The notes under the pieces: model-generated | What the model was told of the DNA's origin: nothing | The model's input: only the letters and a program-made list of their open reading frames with translations | The model's database searches: none | Shown: piece by piece, positions 41,355 to 53,800 of the stretch | Numbering within the stretch: the stretch's first letter is position 1 | Layout: each line of letters begins with the position of its first letter | Assembly: GCA_965178125.1 (NCBI GenBank) | Contig: OZ237766.1 | Span: 310,001-374,000, forward strand | Reading direction: 5' to 3' | From: Bilabrum cf. latius | Taxonomy: Eukaryota | DNA length: 64,000 bases | Made by a program: the position numbers and the translations under genes

Positions 41355-44300
41355 ATGGCGATTAGTACTCGAGGTAAAAAACACGAGCTTTCTATTGAAG
41401 AGCTACGAAATAATGAGCTGCTAGGTTGTCCTACGGTAAGGATATGAGGCGAAGGCGTGATCTGCGAGAGTTCGCGGCACTGCTGTGCTCACCTCTGCTG
41501 CCACTCCATTTGGTCCGGAATTATCGCAGAAACTACTGCTTGAAGCGCTAATTCGAGCAGCAGAATCTGGCAATGTAGTACTTGCAGCAAAGTCTCTCGC
41601 GGCTGGCGCAGATACTACTGCCAGGCATGGGTTCATGGTGAGCAGGCCGTCTCGAAAACTCAGACAGCATCTATGCCTGGCTTTACCTGTCTGTGTATAC
41701 AATCGCGCGATTTTTTATTTCAAAATTGCAGGACGGAAGAACGCCGCTCCATGTCGCTGCGGAGTACAGGCAGCCGATCATTCTGGACATGCTCCTTCGT
41801 GCAGCGAGCTTGGAAGTGCTCGACGGCTCCATGGCGCGGCGAGCAAGGCGACGGAGACTCAGAATGCTGAGTGCAAAAGACAAGCATGGATGGACTCCGT
41901 TACATTTTGCTGCGTACGTAGGCTGTCCCATCTGTGTAAGGCTGCTCCTGTCCTATGGCTCTCCTGCGCTACCGGACGATACGGGCAAGACGCCCATATA
42001 CTGGGTGCGGGGAGCCACCGAGGAAATTCAGGCTCTGCTGATATCGAGAGAAATCCAGGTACAGAACCTAACTGAGAGCAAGTCAGGTGCAGCCGCGCCC
42101 GAAGAAGGGGTGCTAGCCCCGGGGGAGGTTGTATCTGGTCCAGGTGACCAGACGGGCGAGCACCAGCCGCACAGAACTCCGGAGCGGCCAAAAGTCCAAG
42201 CCATGGACGATACTCCAGGACGCTTCCATTCACCCTCTGTAGCCGTTGCAGCAGCCGCCGATGGAGGTGTTTCAGAGACTATCAGCGTGTCAGGCAGCCG
42301 CGCCGCAACCGCTACCGACGTGCTGCAGAGCTCGGCGCAGCTGCTCAGGCAGCGCAACGCCGCCTACCAGAGCCTCGAAGAAGAATCAAACGTAGTTGAT
42401 AGCGAGCAACACTACGACAAGCCGGCAGCAGGCTCTCTCAGGCCACGAGATGCCGCGGGGGAGCCGGGCATGGGTCCTCCCATCTTTTAGAGGGGCATCT
42501 TGATCAAGGACAACCCACTCAAGACGACCCTCGTCCTCCTTAGGCCATCCAGGAGACTCGTCACGATCGCGAAGATGTACTAGGAGGACGAGGAGCTTGC
42601 AGTGTCTGGCGGCCTCGGCCTCAGCACGCCCAAGGGCGGGGGCCACGGGAGGTTCGACAGCGCCCAGTCGCTCCCTCGGCTGCATTCTGCGACCAGCTCT
42701 GCTGGCGATCCCGCGGATGAACCAGCCCCCAAGGGCTAGCCGGGTGGCCTGCACCACCGTAGATCCAGGAGTGGCAGGCGGCAGTCCAGCGGTGGATTCT
42801 CCTTCGCGTCCAGCACCACCCTAGGGGGCAGTGCCGAGGACGGGCTGGGCGCCCCCGTGCTGCCTCCCGTGTTTCGGCCGTTGGGTGGCGAGACCAAGCT
42901 GAAGCCCAGGCAGTTCCTAGCCCCACCCAGTCTGCCCAAGGAGTTCGTGTTCTCCGATAGCGACTCTCCCGATGACGAGGAAGGCGAGCCGGTGGACAAA
43001 CAGGCGCTTGCCTACAGGAACAAACGCAAGGTGTACGCGGGTAAGCTGTCAACGGACGTGGACCCTGGGCTTGCCATCCCGTCCAGCTACATGCCCACGG
43101 GCATGTGGCAGAGGATGCACTACTTTGCCGCGTGCGGAGACTCCCAGCAAGTGCGAGCGATCGTGGAGGGTGGCCAGACCGGACCGACACCCGCTGGACA
43201 GGCCAGCCAGGAATCTGGCAGAGTGGAGAGTGCGTGCACGCGCGCACGGCCTACACGCTGCGACAGCCCAGAGGGTGTACCCGAGTCACAGGTGCAGCTG
43301 CCTGGAAGTGACGACGGTTCCAATTCTGGGGACGCTCCTACACAGCCACCTGTCGAGCTGATCTCCCCAGAGGGGCCATCCGGTCTGGTCCCACTGCACC
43401 TCGCGGTGCAGCTAAGGGATGCGGCGTGCACAAGGATGCTGCTCGATGCGGGTGCCGATCCGCTAGCTAGAGATGCCGGCGGAAAGACCCCTCTCCATCG
43501 AGCCGTGCGGTCTGGTTCCAGCCAGACGCTGCGGGTCCTCCTCAGCAGGCTCGCCTCTATGCCAGCCACAAGGGAGCAGCTCGACCACGCCAGGAGCCTG
43601 GCTTTTCCTGAGGGAGAGCATGACGGCAAGGGGGGCGACGGCAAGAATAGGCAGTCGTCCAAGGCCAGCAGCAGTGCCGGTGGAGCAGGCCGCCAGGCGC
43701 CGCGTCAGAACGAGGACTCGGGCAGCACTGCCGCTGCGACGGGGCGTGGGCATTCACAAGAGGGGCTGTCGACGGCAGGGACAGGTGACCGTCCCTCAGG
43801 CACTCTGAGCCAGCAGCTCGGAGACAGCCACTTTGGTCAAGCCGATACCGATGGCACGACCATGCTAGATGTGGCTCTCCTCTCGCTGGACTCGGAGCAC
43901 AGGACAGCTCTGCATGAGGCCGCCATGTTCGGCTCTGCCGCCTGTGTCCTGCTGCTGCTCCAAGCCGGTGCATCCCCCGATCTTGTGGACAAACAGGGCG
44001 CCACTCCCCTGATGCTGGCATCCTACGCGGGGCATAGGGACGTTATGTGCCTCCTGCTGCAGGCAGGTGCTCGCGCCAATTTCAAGGACAAAAAGGGAAG
44101 GACGCCGCTCCACGAGGCCACAGTTCTCGGCCATTTCGAAGCGTGCGCCGTTCTGCTGCAGGCCGGTGCAAGCGTGACCACGCAGAACAACGAGGACCGG
44201 ACGCCATTGCACACCGCGTGCGGCGGTGGATTCCAGCGAGTGGCTCTGCTCCTGCTAGCGGCGTATCTCGACCGACTCGCTTCCCTCAAGTCGGACACGA

Positions 44301-47300
44301 AGCCAAAGACAGGCGGCAGGTACAGGTGGGGACGGCGTTCCCGGGGTGTGATGCCCATCGCCTCCGAACGGACGACAGCACCAACTGTCGCTGCGGCCGA
44401 GCACCACGCGGATAATGCCAGCGGGCCCGTACCCTCAAGTGCTACCAACCTAGCCGGCGGTTCCATCGGCCGGGGCCCATCCTCCTTGGAGGCAGGCGGC
44501 TCCTTCCTCTTGGCGAGCGATTCAATGGAGAGCAGAGGCTCTGCCACTTCGCATAGCACCTGGATGCCGGCGGAGCACTCGCAAATTCTAGAGGCAAGGG
44601 AAGCGTACCAGCACTCGTACGCGGCGTGGACCACTGACCAGCTGTCCGCGTACTGCCGGCAGAACGCCTCCCCAGAGTTCGGACAGGCGATCTCGAACAT
44701 CAAGGACAAGAACCAGTGGACCATCGTGAATGACGCGGCATGTGCCGGGATGCTGCACGTGCTCAAGGTGGCAGTGGCAGCAGGTGTCGACGTCAATGCG
44801 AAGCGCACGGACGGGCACAGGCCGGTGCACGACTGCTGCATCCACGGACATGCTGACTGCTTGTCATTCCTTCTGGCCGTGGTGCAAGACGGTAGCACCG
44901 CGGACAAGAACGGGGACACTCCGCTGCACTGGGCGGCATTCCGGGGCCATCGCGCTGTGGTTGCCACGCTGCTTCGAGAAGGCGGCGTGGAGCTTGACGC
45001 AACCAACGCGGACGGTGGAACTGCCCTGCATTCGGCTGCAAACAACGGCAACCCGCTGGTGGGCGCGGAGCTCCTCATGGCGGGGGCAGACGCGAGTGCC
45101 GAAATGCTGGACGGGAACACTCCGCTACACAACGCGTCTTACGAGGGACACACCGCGTTCGTGGGCGTGCTGCAGCGGTTCGGCGCGAATGCCGTCAAGT
45201 CCAACCGCGATAGGAGGACGCCACTCCACGAGGCGTGCATGCAGGGGCACGCGGGTGCAGCACGGTGCCTGCTCGTGGGACCCCACACCGCGCCGGGTGC
45301 CAACACTCTCGAGCAGCAGTGGCAGAACGACCCGCTATCAGCGAAGCGATTTGGAGCAGGCAATCGACTCGAGGCATACGCAGGCGGAGTTGTCCCCAGC
45401 GGCGCACTGCGCTTCGATAGCTCGGAAGCAAGGCACAGCATCGCCACCGCCTCCAACTTGGCCGTGATTGACGTGGCCTCCACTGCGGCATAGGGACGGG
45501 CACAATCCTCGCCTGCCGGCATCCACGGGAAAGAGATGCCAAAGCAGAGCACCGACTCAAAGTCCAAGCAAGGCGATGCCCCGTCGGCAGCGAAATCGAG
45601 CCAAACACGGCGCACGGCCTCCACCAAGTGGGCTTCCCACGGGTCGGACGAGGACGAAGTCGACGAACATCTGGCTCGTGAGGCCGGCGCGGTCGTGCAG
45701 CAAGCAAGTGCTGCGAGATCCATCGCCAGCATTGCTGCGATGCAGCCGGCACGCCGGGTGCTAGGCGATGGAGTGCCTGGGAGCATGCCACCGCCTGCAT
45801 CCAGCTCTGATTTAGGTGAGCTGTTCGAACCGGCCTCCAAGTCGGGAACACGGACCTGCCGCCAGTCGCCGCTGCAGGCGCTGCCTCCCGCCATGCCCAT
45901 CAGCGGTTTCACGCCGGCAACCCAGGTGTCCGATCCCAACAACGCGGACACTGGCGGCGACACGTGCCTCCACTGGGCCGTCTGCCACAGCCACAATGAG
46001 GTCACGAGGATCTTGCTCGAGGCGGGAGTCAACACCAAGCAGATTAACACGGACGGCGGGATTGCGCTGCACGCCGCGGTCATCAACAAGCGGTGGAGGT
46101 GCTTGCAGATGCTGCTGGAGCACGGCGACGACGTCAACTCAAAGTTCATCCGGGTGGATCCCGAACGCGAATCGACCGAGGACTCTTGCCTGCACATAGC
46201 CGCTTCGGATGGCCTGGTGACCGGGGTGGAGATCCTCTTGGACAAGGGCGCAGACGTCAACGTTCGCAACTACAAGAACAGCACGCCGCTGCATGAGGCG
46301 TGCAAGCACGGCAACAAGCGGATCGCACAGATGCTGCTCGAGGCAGGCGCAGACGTATCGCTGGTGGACACCAAGGGCAGGTATGCCCTGCCCATGCTGC
46401 TGGTGACGCCAGGATTCCCGCTTACTGTTGACCTGCCTGACTCGAATAGCGACGAGGAAGAGGAAGGAGGTGGCGAAGGCGCCGGTACTGACGCCCAGTC
46501 GAGGGCTGCAAGCACCAGCAGCGATGGCTGGGTCGGGATCCGCACGGGGCGGGGACACTCCACGAGCCCGCTTCGGGTCCCTGGTCTCGCATCCACTCCA
46601 TCGGCCTGGCGCGGGTTCGGCGAGATGCATGGCGACGAGCAGTTCGCAGACGTGGAGCTGGTAGCAGCTGACGGCACCGCGGTCCGTGCCCATCGGGTTG
46701 TGCTTGCAGCCCGCTGCAGCCTCATGCACGCCCTGCTCACCAGCGGGATGCAGGAATCGGCAGCCTAGAGCATCCGCATGCAAATGTCGGGGGTGGCGCT
46801 CCGGGCACTCGTCGAGTACATGTACACGGGCGGACTGGATGTGGCCCGCATCGCTGCCGAAGTCTCCGCAGCGCCAGGCGATTCGAGCCACGCCACTATC
46901 TCGAGCCGACTGCTTGCGGCCCCTGAAGGCTCTCAGGGCCCTTCCCTCTCCGAAGAAGACGTCATGGAGATATGCGAGGTGGCAGACCAGTATGACGTGC
47001 TCGGGCTGAGGCTCATCAGCGAGGCGCTCTTGGTACAAATGGCCAGACTAGACGCGGTGCCTAGGCTCTTTGCCTTTGCGGAGCAGTGCAGACTGCTGCG
47101 GCTCAAGTCTGCATGCGTGAACACAGTATTGGCACAGGCAAGCCTGGAGGTGCTGGGCCAGCGAGGCAGGGAACACGCCAGGATGGCAGAGGCAGAGGCA
47201 GAGGCAGGCAAGCGCGCCAGCACTGCTTCCTCCCCAGGAAAGGCGCACGGCGGGAAGAGCAGCCGCAGCATGGGGCACCACTCGCCGAGCGCAGCCAGCA

Positions 47301-47641
47301 CAATGGCAACGGCAGCTGCAGCCGCAGCAAACGGTTCCGCGGCGCCCCCGAGGCATGGGTCACCCGTCGTTGCGAGCAGCAAGCCGCACCCGATGGAGGA
47401 ATTCGGTGCCCTCTTTCACTTTCTGCTGCACGAAGACATGGGCGCCCACAATGAGTCGGTTCTTGGACAGCTGCAGGGAAGGCTCACGAGCTCCTCGAGG
47501 GGGACGGGAGGCGCATTTGGGAGGCGGGTGTCCAGGAAGAGGAGGGAGAAGCGAGCGGCTAGTGGGGCTGGGGATGGCTCGGGGTCGGGCGGTGCTGCCG
47601 CCTCTGTTGCGGCGGGGGTAGCTGGGTAGGTGCGCGGCTGA
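41355..47641 (+). CDS. Large ankyrin-repeat and BTB/POZ domain protein (~2,000 aa)
   Basis: Exons 41355-41435, 41530-41637, 41732-47641; many TPLH ankyrin motifs and BTB motif FADVELV...VRAHRVVLAAR...GMQES...VEYMYTG. In-frame TAG at 42488, 42581, 42737, 45491, 46766, 47627; ends TGA. Confidence 0.87.
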
Positions 47642-47776
47642 GTCTGGCACATGGGGGGATGGGCGAGTTGAGAGAGGCAGCACAGTGTTTGAGTGCGCTG
47701 ATCGCTCCCACATATGGATTCATTTCACAGCAATGTTACCTGACCGCGCACGTAGCCACCAGAGTCCTCCACGTCA

Positions 47777-50641
47777 TCACTCGTCACTGTCGCTATCCCC
47801 ACCCTCTGGCTCCACGGAATCAGCCGATGTGACGAGTGCATCGTTCGCTTCCTGCATCCAACCCGACGCCGCATCGGCCACACCTGTCCCAGCATGCCCG
47901 CCCCCCCCGCCGATCCTAGCCGCCTCCGGTCTATGCCTCCACCCATCGAACGCTCTCGCGGCATCCTTGAGGTACCCCAGCATTGCAGGCCCGCTCTGGA
48001 GGTGGGCGAGCACGGGCATGCCGCGGGGCACCTGCTGCACGCCTCGGTCGCAAGGCATGTACCCGCCCTTCCCTTGTTCCCTGAGGATCGGTGGCCTAGT
48101 TCCGTCTGGCCTCTCTCCCCTCACGTCGATCTTGAAGGACCACGCGGATTCCGCCCCCGGCCTAGCCAACTCACCAAGCCTGGCGTGGCGGGGCACGTGG
48201 CCCCACGCGGTGAGCAGGCCCCTGGATGCACTCGTCACACCGCTGGCGGACGACCCTGCTGACCCGGTGCTCGGTCCAGCCCGCCCCGCGACCAGCAGTT
48301 CGCGAGGGGCCGCCCGCCCTGACAGCGGGCAGGGCAGCCGAGGCAGCGAGCAGTGAGCCGCAAAACGGCACCGGCTGCGCATCATGAACTTATCCCACTG
48401 CGGCGTGGCGGCGTATGCGGAACCAGAGGCGCCGCGCAGATGATCCGCGGGGGTAACAGCAGGTCTATCACGCGGCGCCGCGGAACCCGAAGCACCCGCG
48501 GCGCCGCGCGGTACCATTCCAACGGAACCTCCCACCCCCCTTGCGACCAGCACGTGCGCCACGGGTGGGTGCAGCCCGCTCTCTGCACCACCGTGAGCTG
48601 CACCCTGTATCAGACCCATCTGGTGTTCTCTGAGGGTTCGTTCCGACCTGTGCCACATCGGCGCCATGTCCCGCGCGGGCAAGCCGTGCGGAACCGGACC
48701 CCCGCGCGCGGCGTCAAGCTGTCTCTAGATCGCCGCCATGCCTTCGGTCGACCCAGGAAACGGCGCGGCCACCGAAAGGCCCAAAATCTCGGTTCCGCTG
48801 CGCGGCGCCGCCCCGCCCAGTAGCTGCCCCAGGCGGGTGGAGGGGGACAGGGAAGCGACGCCGCCGGAGGTTCCGCTACTGGATGCGCGGCGACAGGGGC
48901 TGAGCAGGGCGTCCAGCGCAGTTCCAGCCACCCATCCCTGTACCACCGAACTTCGAAGAACGTTCGCCGTGCTCTGCAGGAACGGCAGCGCGTGCAGCTC
49001 CTCGTACACCCTCACCCCCTTTGATGCCCTGCCGGTTGCAACTGCTGCTCTCGCCTGCGCCTGCGCCTGCGCCATCGAGGCCAGCGCGGACAGCGACAGG
49101 GGCACCACGGCCGACGAATGTTCCCTGAGGTTCGCCAGTGCCAGGGAATATCCCGCCCGGGCCAGCCACTGCCTGCCCCCACTCGTCACACCCGTACCCT
49201 TCACGTGAGGTTCCGCAGCCGGCTCCGCGCTCACGCCCCACCCGTGCCCTCCATAGGCACCAGAACTGTAGCTACCAGCACCGTATGCGCCAGCACCACC
49301 GTCGATTCCACCGCTGAACCTTCCATCGGTCTCCCGCTCTCCGGCGTCGTCTCCATCGCCATCATCCTCGTCCTCGTCATCAGCAGCCACCCCGTCACCC
49401 AACAGCACGGACAGCATGGCAGATTTCGGAGCCTCGTCGCGGATCGCCTCTGCGGTTGCAACCGACAGCCCACCCCATGCCCCCGACGCGTCTCCCAGCA
49501 GCACAATGCCCTGCACCCCGTCGGCCGCCTCGAGCAGCTTTCTCACAGAGTCGCCCACCTCGTCCCTTTGTTCCTCAGGGAACAACGACCCGCCCTCCAG
49601 CGCGGTGCGGCCATCCCCGTACACGGAAAAACTATCTCCCGGACCCGGAGCCGGAAGTGACACGGTGCCGCCCTGCGGGACCCCACCCGTCCACAGGCTG
49701 CTCCAGCTGTACCCGGCGAGGCACGGGGCGCCGCGCCGAGCGTTTGCGGAACCGAAGGGTGAACCACTTTGTTTGCTCGAACCCGCACCACTGCCAGAAG
49801 AATCCTCGTCTGGGTGTCTTCCTGCGGGACTGGCCCCAGAATGCGCGGCGCCCCGCGCCTCCTCAAGCGCTGCCGCGAAGCCGCCCATCTCGTCGTCGCC
49901 GCCGGCCCCACCGTGCGATGCACCCGCATACTATCCTCCGACATACCCTCCGTAGCTGCCTGTGCTGCCTGTGCTGCCGCTGCCAAGAAATCCGCTTGTG
50001 GCCCCACCGAACGAACCTTCGCCGTAGGTTCCATCCCCTCTCTCAAGCGCCCTCCTCCTCGTCTCCTCCATAGCATCATCACCACCATCATCACCATAGT
50101 AGCCACCATCATCACCTGAGTACCTTTCTCCACTGGCCGCAGCTCGCTTCTCTGGATGATCCCACCCGCCGGCCTCCGCGCTGGCCCCACCGAACACGCC
50201 ACCGAACCCGCTGTCCCAGCCGGTGCCTGTGCTCGCTCCTTGCAGAGCACTGACGCCAGAATCGGGCTTCTCTTCCGCCACACCACTGCCAGTAAAAACG
50301 CCTAGAGGCCCTACGCTCGTGGATAAATCAATAAGTGCCATGCGAGGCCTCCACTGGGCGACAATCTGCGATGATTCGGATGGATCCATTGCAGGCATTT
50401 CGAAAGTAGTCATTGGTAGTGTACGACACTGACCGATGCACGATAGACAGAATTTAATTTATCTTACACTCTCTGCGGATTCGAGGAATTCGTGAGTGAC
50501 TGCAAGATCAACATCGGGGTGAGCCCCTGCCGCCCAGTCCGCATGAAGGAGCTCTGATTGTGCCGCAGAGAACTGCGTTCCGGTCATGCATCCCAACGGA
50601 CCGACGCAAACTGTTATGATAGCCCGTGAAGATCCACTCAT
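47777..50641 (-). CDS. MSTO1: Misato/DML1 tubulin-FtsZ-like protein
   Basis: AIITVCVG...GTQF, WRPRMALIDL, DSVRKLLEAADGVQG...GAWGG. 39-nt GT-AG intron 50467-50429; TAG at 49931 and 48725; ends TGA. Confidence 0.8.
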
Positions 50642-50841
50642 AGTGACTTGAATTTATACTAGACAGCCGAAAATACGGAGGAACGAAAGGGCAACTGCGG
50701 AGGAGGTTGCAACCGGCGTGCCGATGGACCAGGATCGAATTCTACGTGTCCGCAAGAACTGCACACATCACTGGCGGTACAGCATCATCTGCTGTATTTC
50801 TACGGGTTTCCAGTACATTAGGTACCACTCGGTACCGGTGC

Positions 50842-53800
50842 ATGAAAAGAAGCCGACCAAGTAGCGTTGAAACTAGCAAGGACTCCACCGAAACGGAGGG
50901 CTTGTCGCCGGAACCAGCAAGGAAGCGCAGGGCCATCGAACAATCAGCAGCAGCAGAATCAGCCCCCAAATCTACAACACAAGTACCAATGAGTGATTCA
51001 GACGCATCGTAGGCAATCGTTCCGGTGCACCGATCGCCACCAGGCACTTCTGAGCTTTCGCCTGGGCGGGCATCCACCGGCGGCGCGCCTGCGCTGGTGC
51101 TTGCCGCTGCCGCGCCTTCTTCCGAGCTTCAGCTGGTGCCTCATTTCGCTGCAGACGCCGCATCCGCCGCTAACGCTCTGATCCGGCACAGATCGGTCTA
51201 TGTCGGCGATGCGAGCGGTCTTGCCGCCACTCACACGGTGGACGGCGACGGCTCAGCCACAGGCGACGATGGGACCGGCGGGGGAGAATTCGACCGGCGA
51301 GCCGTCACGGAAGTGCTCACCTGCGGAGACGGTGCCGAGGGCCAGCTCATGCTCGGGCGAAAGAGAAGGAGAGCAAACCGGTTCCAGGCCGTGCACAAGC
51401 TCACCGCCTCCAATGTAGTGGGGCTATCGGGCAGCGCATTCTCATCGGTTGCAACCACTGAGACGGGGGAGTTGTTCCTCGGGGGCTGCAACGACGAGGG
51501 CTAGCTCGCGCCCGAGCGAGCCAATGCGAGCGGCGGTAGCGGCAGCAGCAGCGGCAGCAGAGGCGGGGACGATGACGATGAGTACCTGCTGAAGCCAGTG
51601 AGGCTTGATGCACTGGCGGCACAGCGGATCGTGCAGGCATCCGCGGGGGAGAACCATGTGGCCGCGATCAACCAGAGCCAGAAGGTCCTGACCTGGGGCT
51701 CCAACGCCACCTTCGCCCTGGGGCACACGGAGAACGAGCCGTTCAGGGTGCCGCCGCGCGTGATGAGGGGGCTGGACCGCTACCGTGCAGTGCAGGTGGC
51801 ATGCGGGGACACGCACACGGTGGTGCTGACCAGTCTAGGGGAGGTGTTCACGGCGGGGACCGGGGCCATGGGCCAGCTTGGTCACGGGGAGAGATCGGAT
51901 CAGCAGGTGGCCAAACGCGTGGACGCTCTGGTGGGTACGCCCGTGTCCCAGATCGCCGCGGGCTCGCAGCACACTGTGGCGGTGTCCGCCTCGGGGCTGG
52001 CCTTCGCCTGGGGAAGGAACAAGAGGGGGCAACTCGGAATCGGAACCCTGCAGACCAAGTCGGCGGCCTACTCGCCGCAGCGGGTCGTCGCCCTCCCCGA
52101 GCTGGTGCAGCAGGCTGCGGCTGGGGAACAGCACACGATCTTCATCACGAGGCTGGGCAACGTGTACGCCTGCGGGCAGGGAGACCACGGGCAACTCGGA
52201 ATCGGAACGCCGGCGCCGCGCATCACGGACGGAATCTGCTCAGCGGCGGCGGACGGGAGTAGCGGCAGCGGCACGTCTCACTCGTCACACCCCCTCCACA
52301 CGGTGGACCGCCCCGTTTTGATCCGATCCCTCCAGGGCAGGCACGCGCGGCAGGCCGCCTGCGGCCGCAGGCACTCGCTGGTGCTCATGCAGAGCGGGCA
52401 GCTGTGGGGGTTTGGCTCCAACGAGCAGGGGCAGCTGTCACTCGGAGATGAGATCAAGGAGGCTTTCGACCCTGTGAGGATAGAGGACGGGAGCGACTGC
52501 GGGGTGTTCAACGTGGCATGCGGCGCGAGTCATTCCGTCGTGGTGAGGGTCATTCGGGGGTCGGTTCTGTCGACGCCGCCGGGGTCACTCCCCCGCGGGT
52601 CCATGGGATTCGTGGGAGCACAGACGCTGCAGGTACTGGCCAAACTGGCCAGGGAACAGGAGGAACGTGTGACGAGCGCCACAGCGGGACCCCGCGGGGG
52701 CGGCGGCAGGGGCGGGCTGAAGGGCCTACTGGCCGTTCTGCGGGAGGTGTGGAGCAGTCCCACGTGCTTAGCAGGGTCCTTTAGGCTGCAGGACGTGAGC
52801 GAGAACGCCTTCATCGAAGACAGGGCCCCTGGCTCCAAGTCGGTCGTGGAGGCTCTCCGGAGGGCACACGGGGAGGCACCCACGCGGGCCCTTATGGACC
52901 TCCCGATCTCCTCCAGTGCCCTCGATGACGCTCTGCTCGTCGCGGATGCGAAGCCGGGGCTGCTGGCCCTGCCGGCCCCGCCCTCGGGTGTCAGTGGTGT
53001 GACGAGTGAGGAAGGCAACGGCGCGGCGTCGGGGGCCGGGGACGGCGGGCCGTCGTCGCCCGGTGGTGGCGCTGGTGACGTCAGCGGTGGCGGAACCACG
53101 ACTTCTGCTAGCGGCGGTGTGACGAGTGCATCCAGTGGCCCAGAAGGCGTGGACGAATCCCTCTGGCGGCTGCTGGAAGACATGAGAGACCAGCGGGCGA
53201 GGAACGCGCAGGAAGCAGCCGCCCGCATGGAGCGGGAGAGGACAGAAGAGGCGAGCCAGGGGAGGGTGCACTCGTCACACTAGAACCGCGGTGGCAGCGG
53301 CGCCGGCAGCGCCGGGGAAGCCGACGATGATTTCGACGAGGCCATTTTCCTGGAGGCGATCGACGGTTTGGCGGAGGAGCTGCAGGAGGCGGTGAGGCAG
53401 AGCGGGCCGTTCGGGGCTCTCACCAGCAGCGAACGTTCGTCAGCGGGCGGGGGTAGTTCAGCAGGGTAGGTCGGGGAGGGTGGTCAGAGCGGCGGTGGTC
53501 ATGCCGGCCGTGGATCCGATCCAAATGTGGCGGAGATGGCCCGCGATTCGATGGAACGGGAGGAGCGTGAGCTATCAGGCGGCGAGACTGGGGCCAGCAG
53601 CGGTTTTGGTGTGACGAGTGCAGTTGGTGCCCCCGGACTGGCACGTTTCTCTTCCACCGGTACGGTAGAAAGCATAGATGAAGACTAGCCGTAGGGCGGG
53701 TCGGGCGGCAAGCGTGCCGGCATCGCTGCTTCTTCGGGGTCTGGCGGTGGCAGCGGCAGCGGCACACGTGGGGGCGGCGTGAGCCTGTCCATCCGAGCTA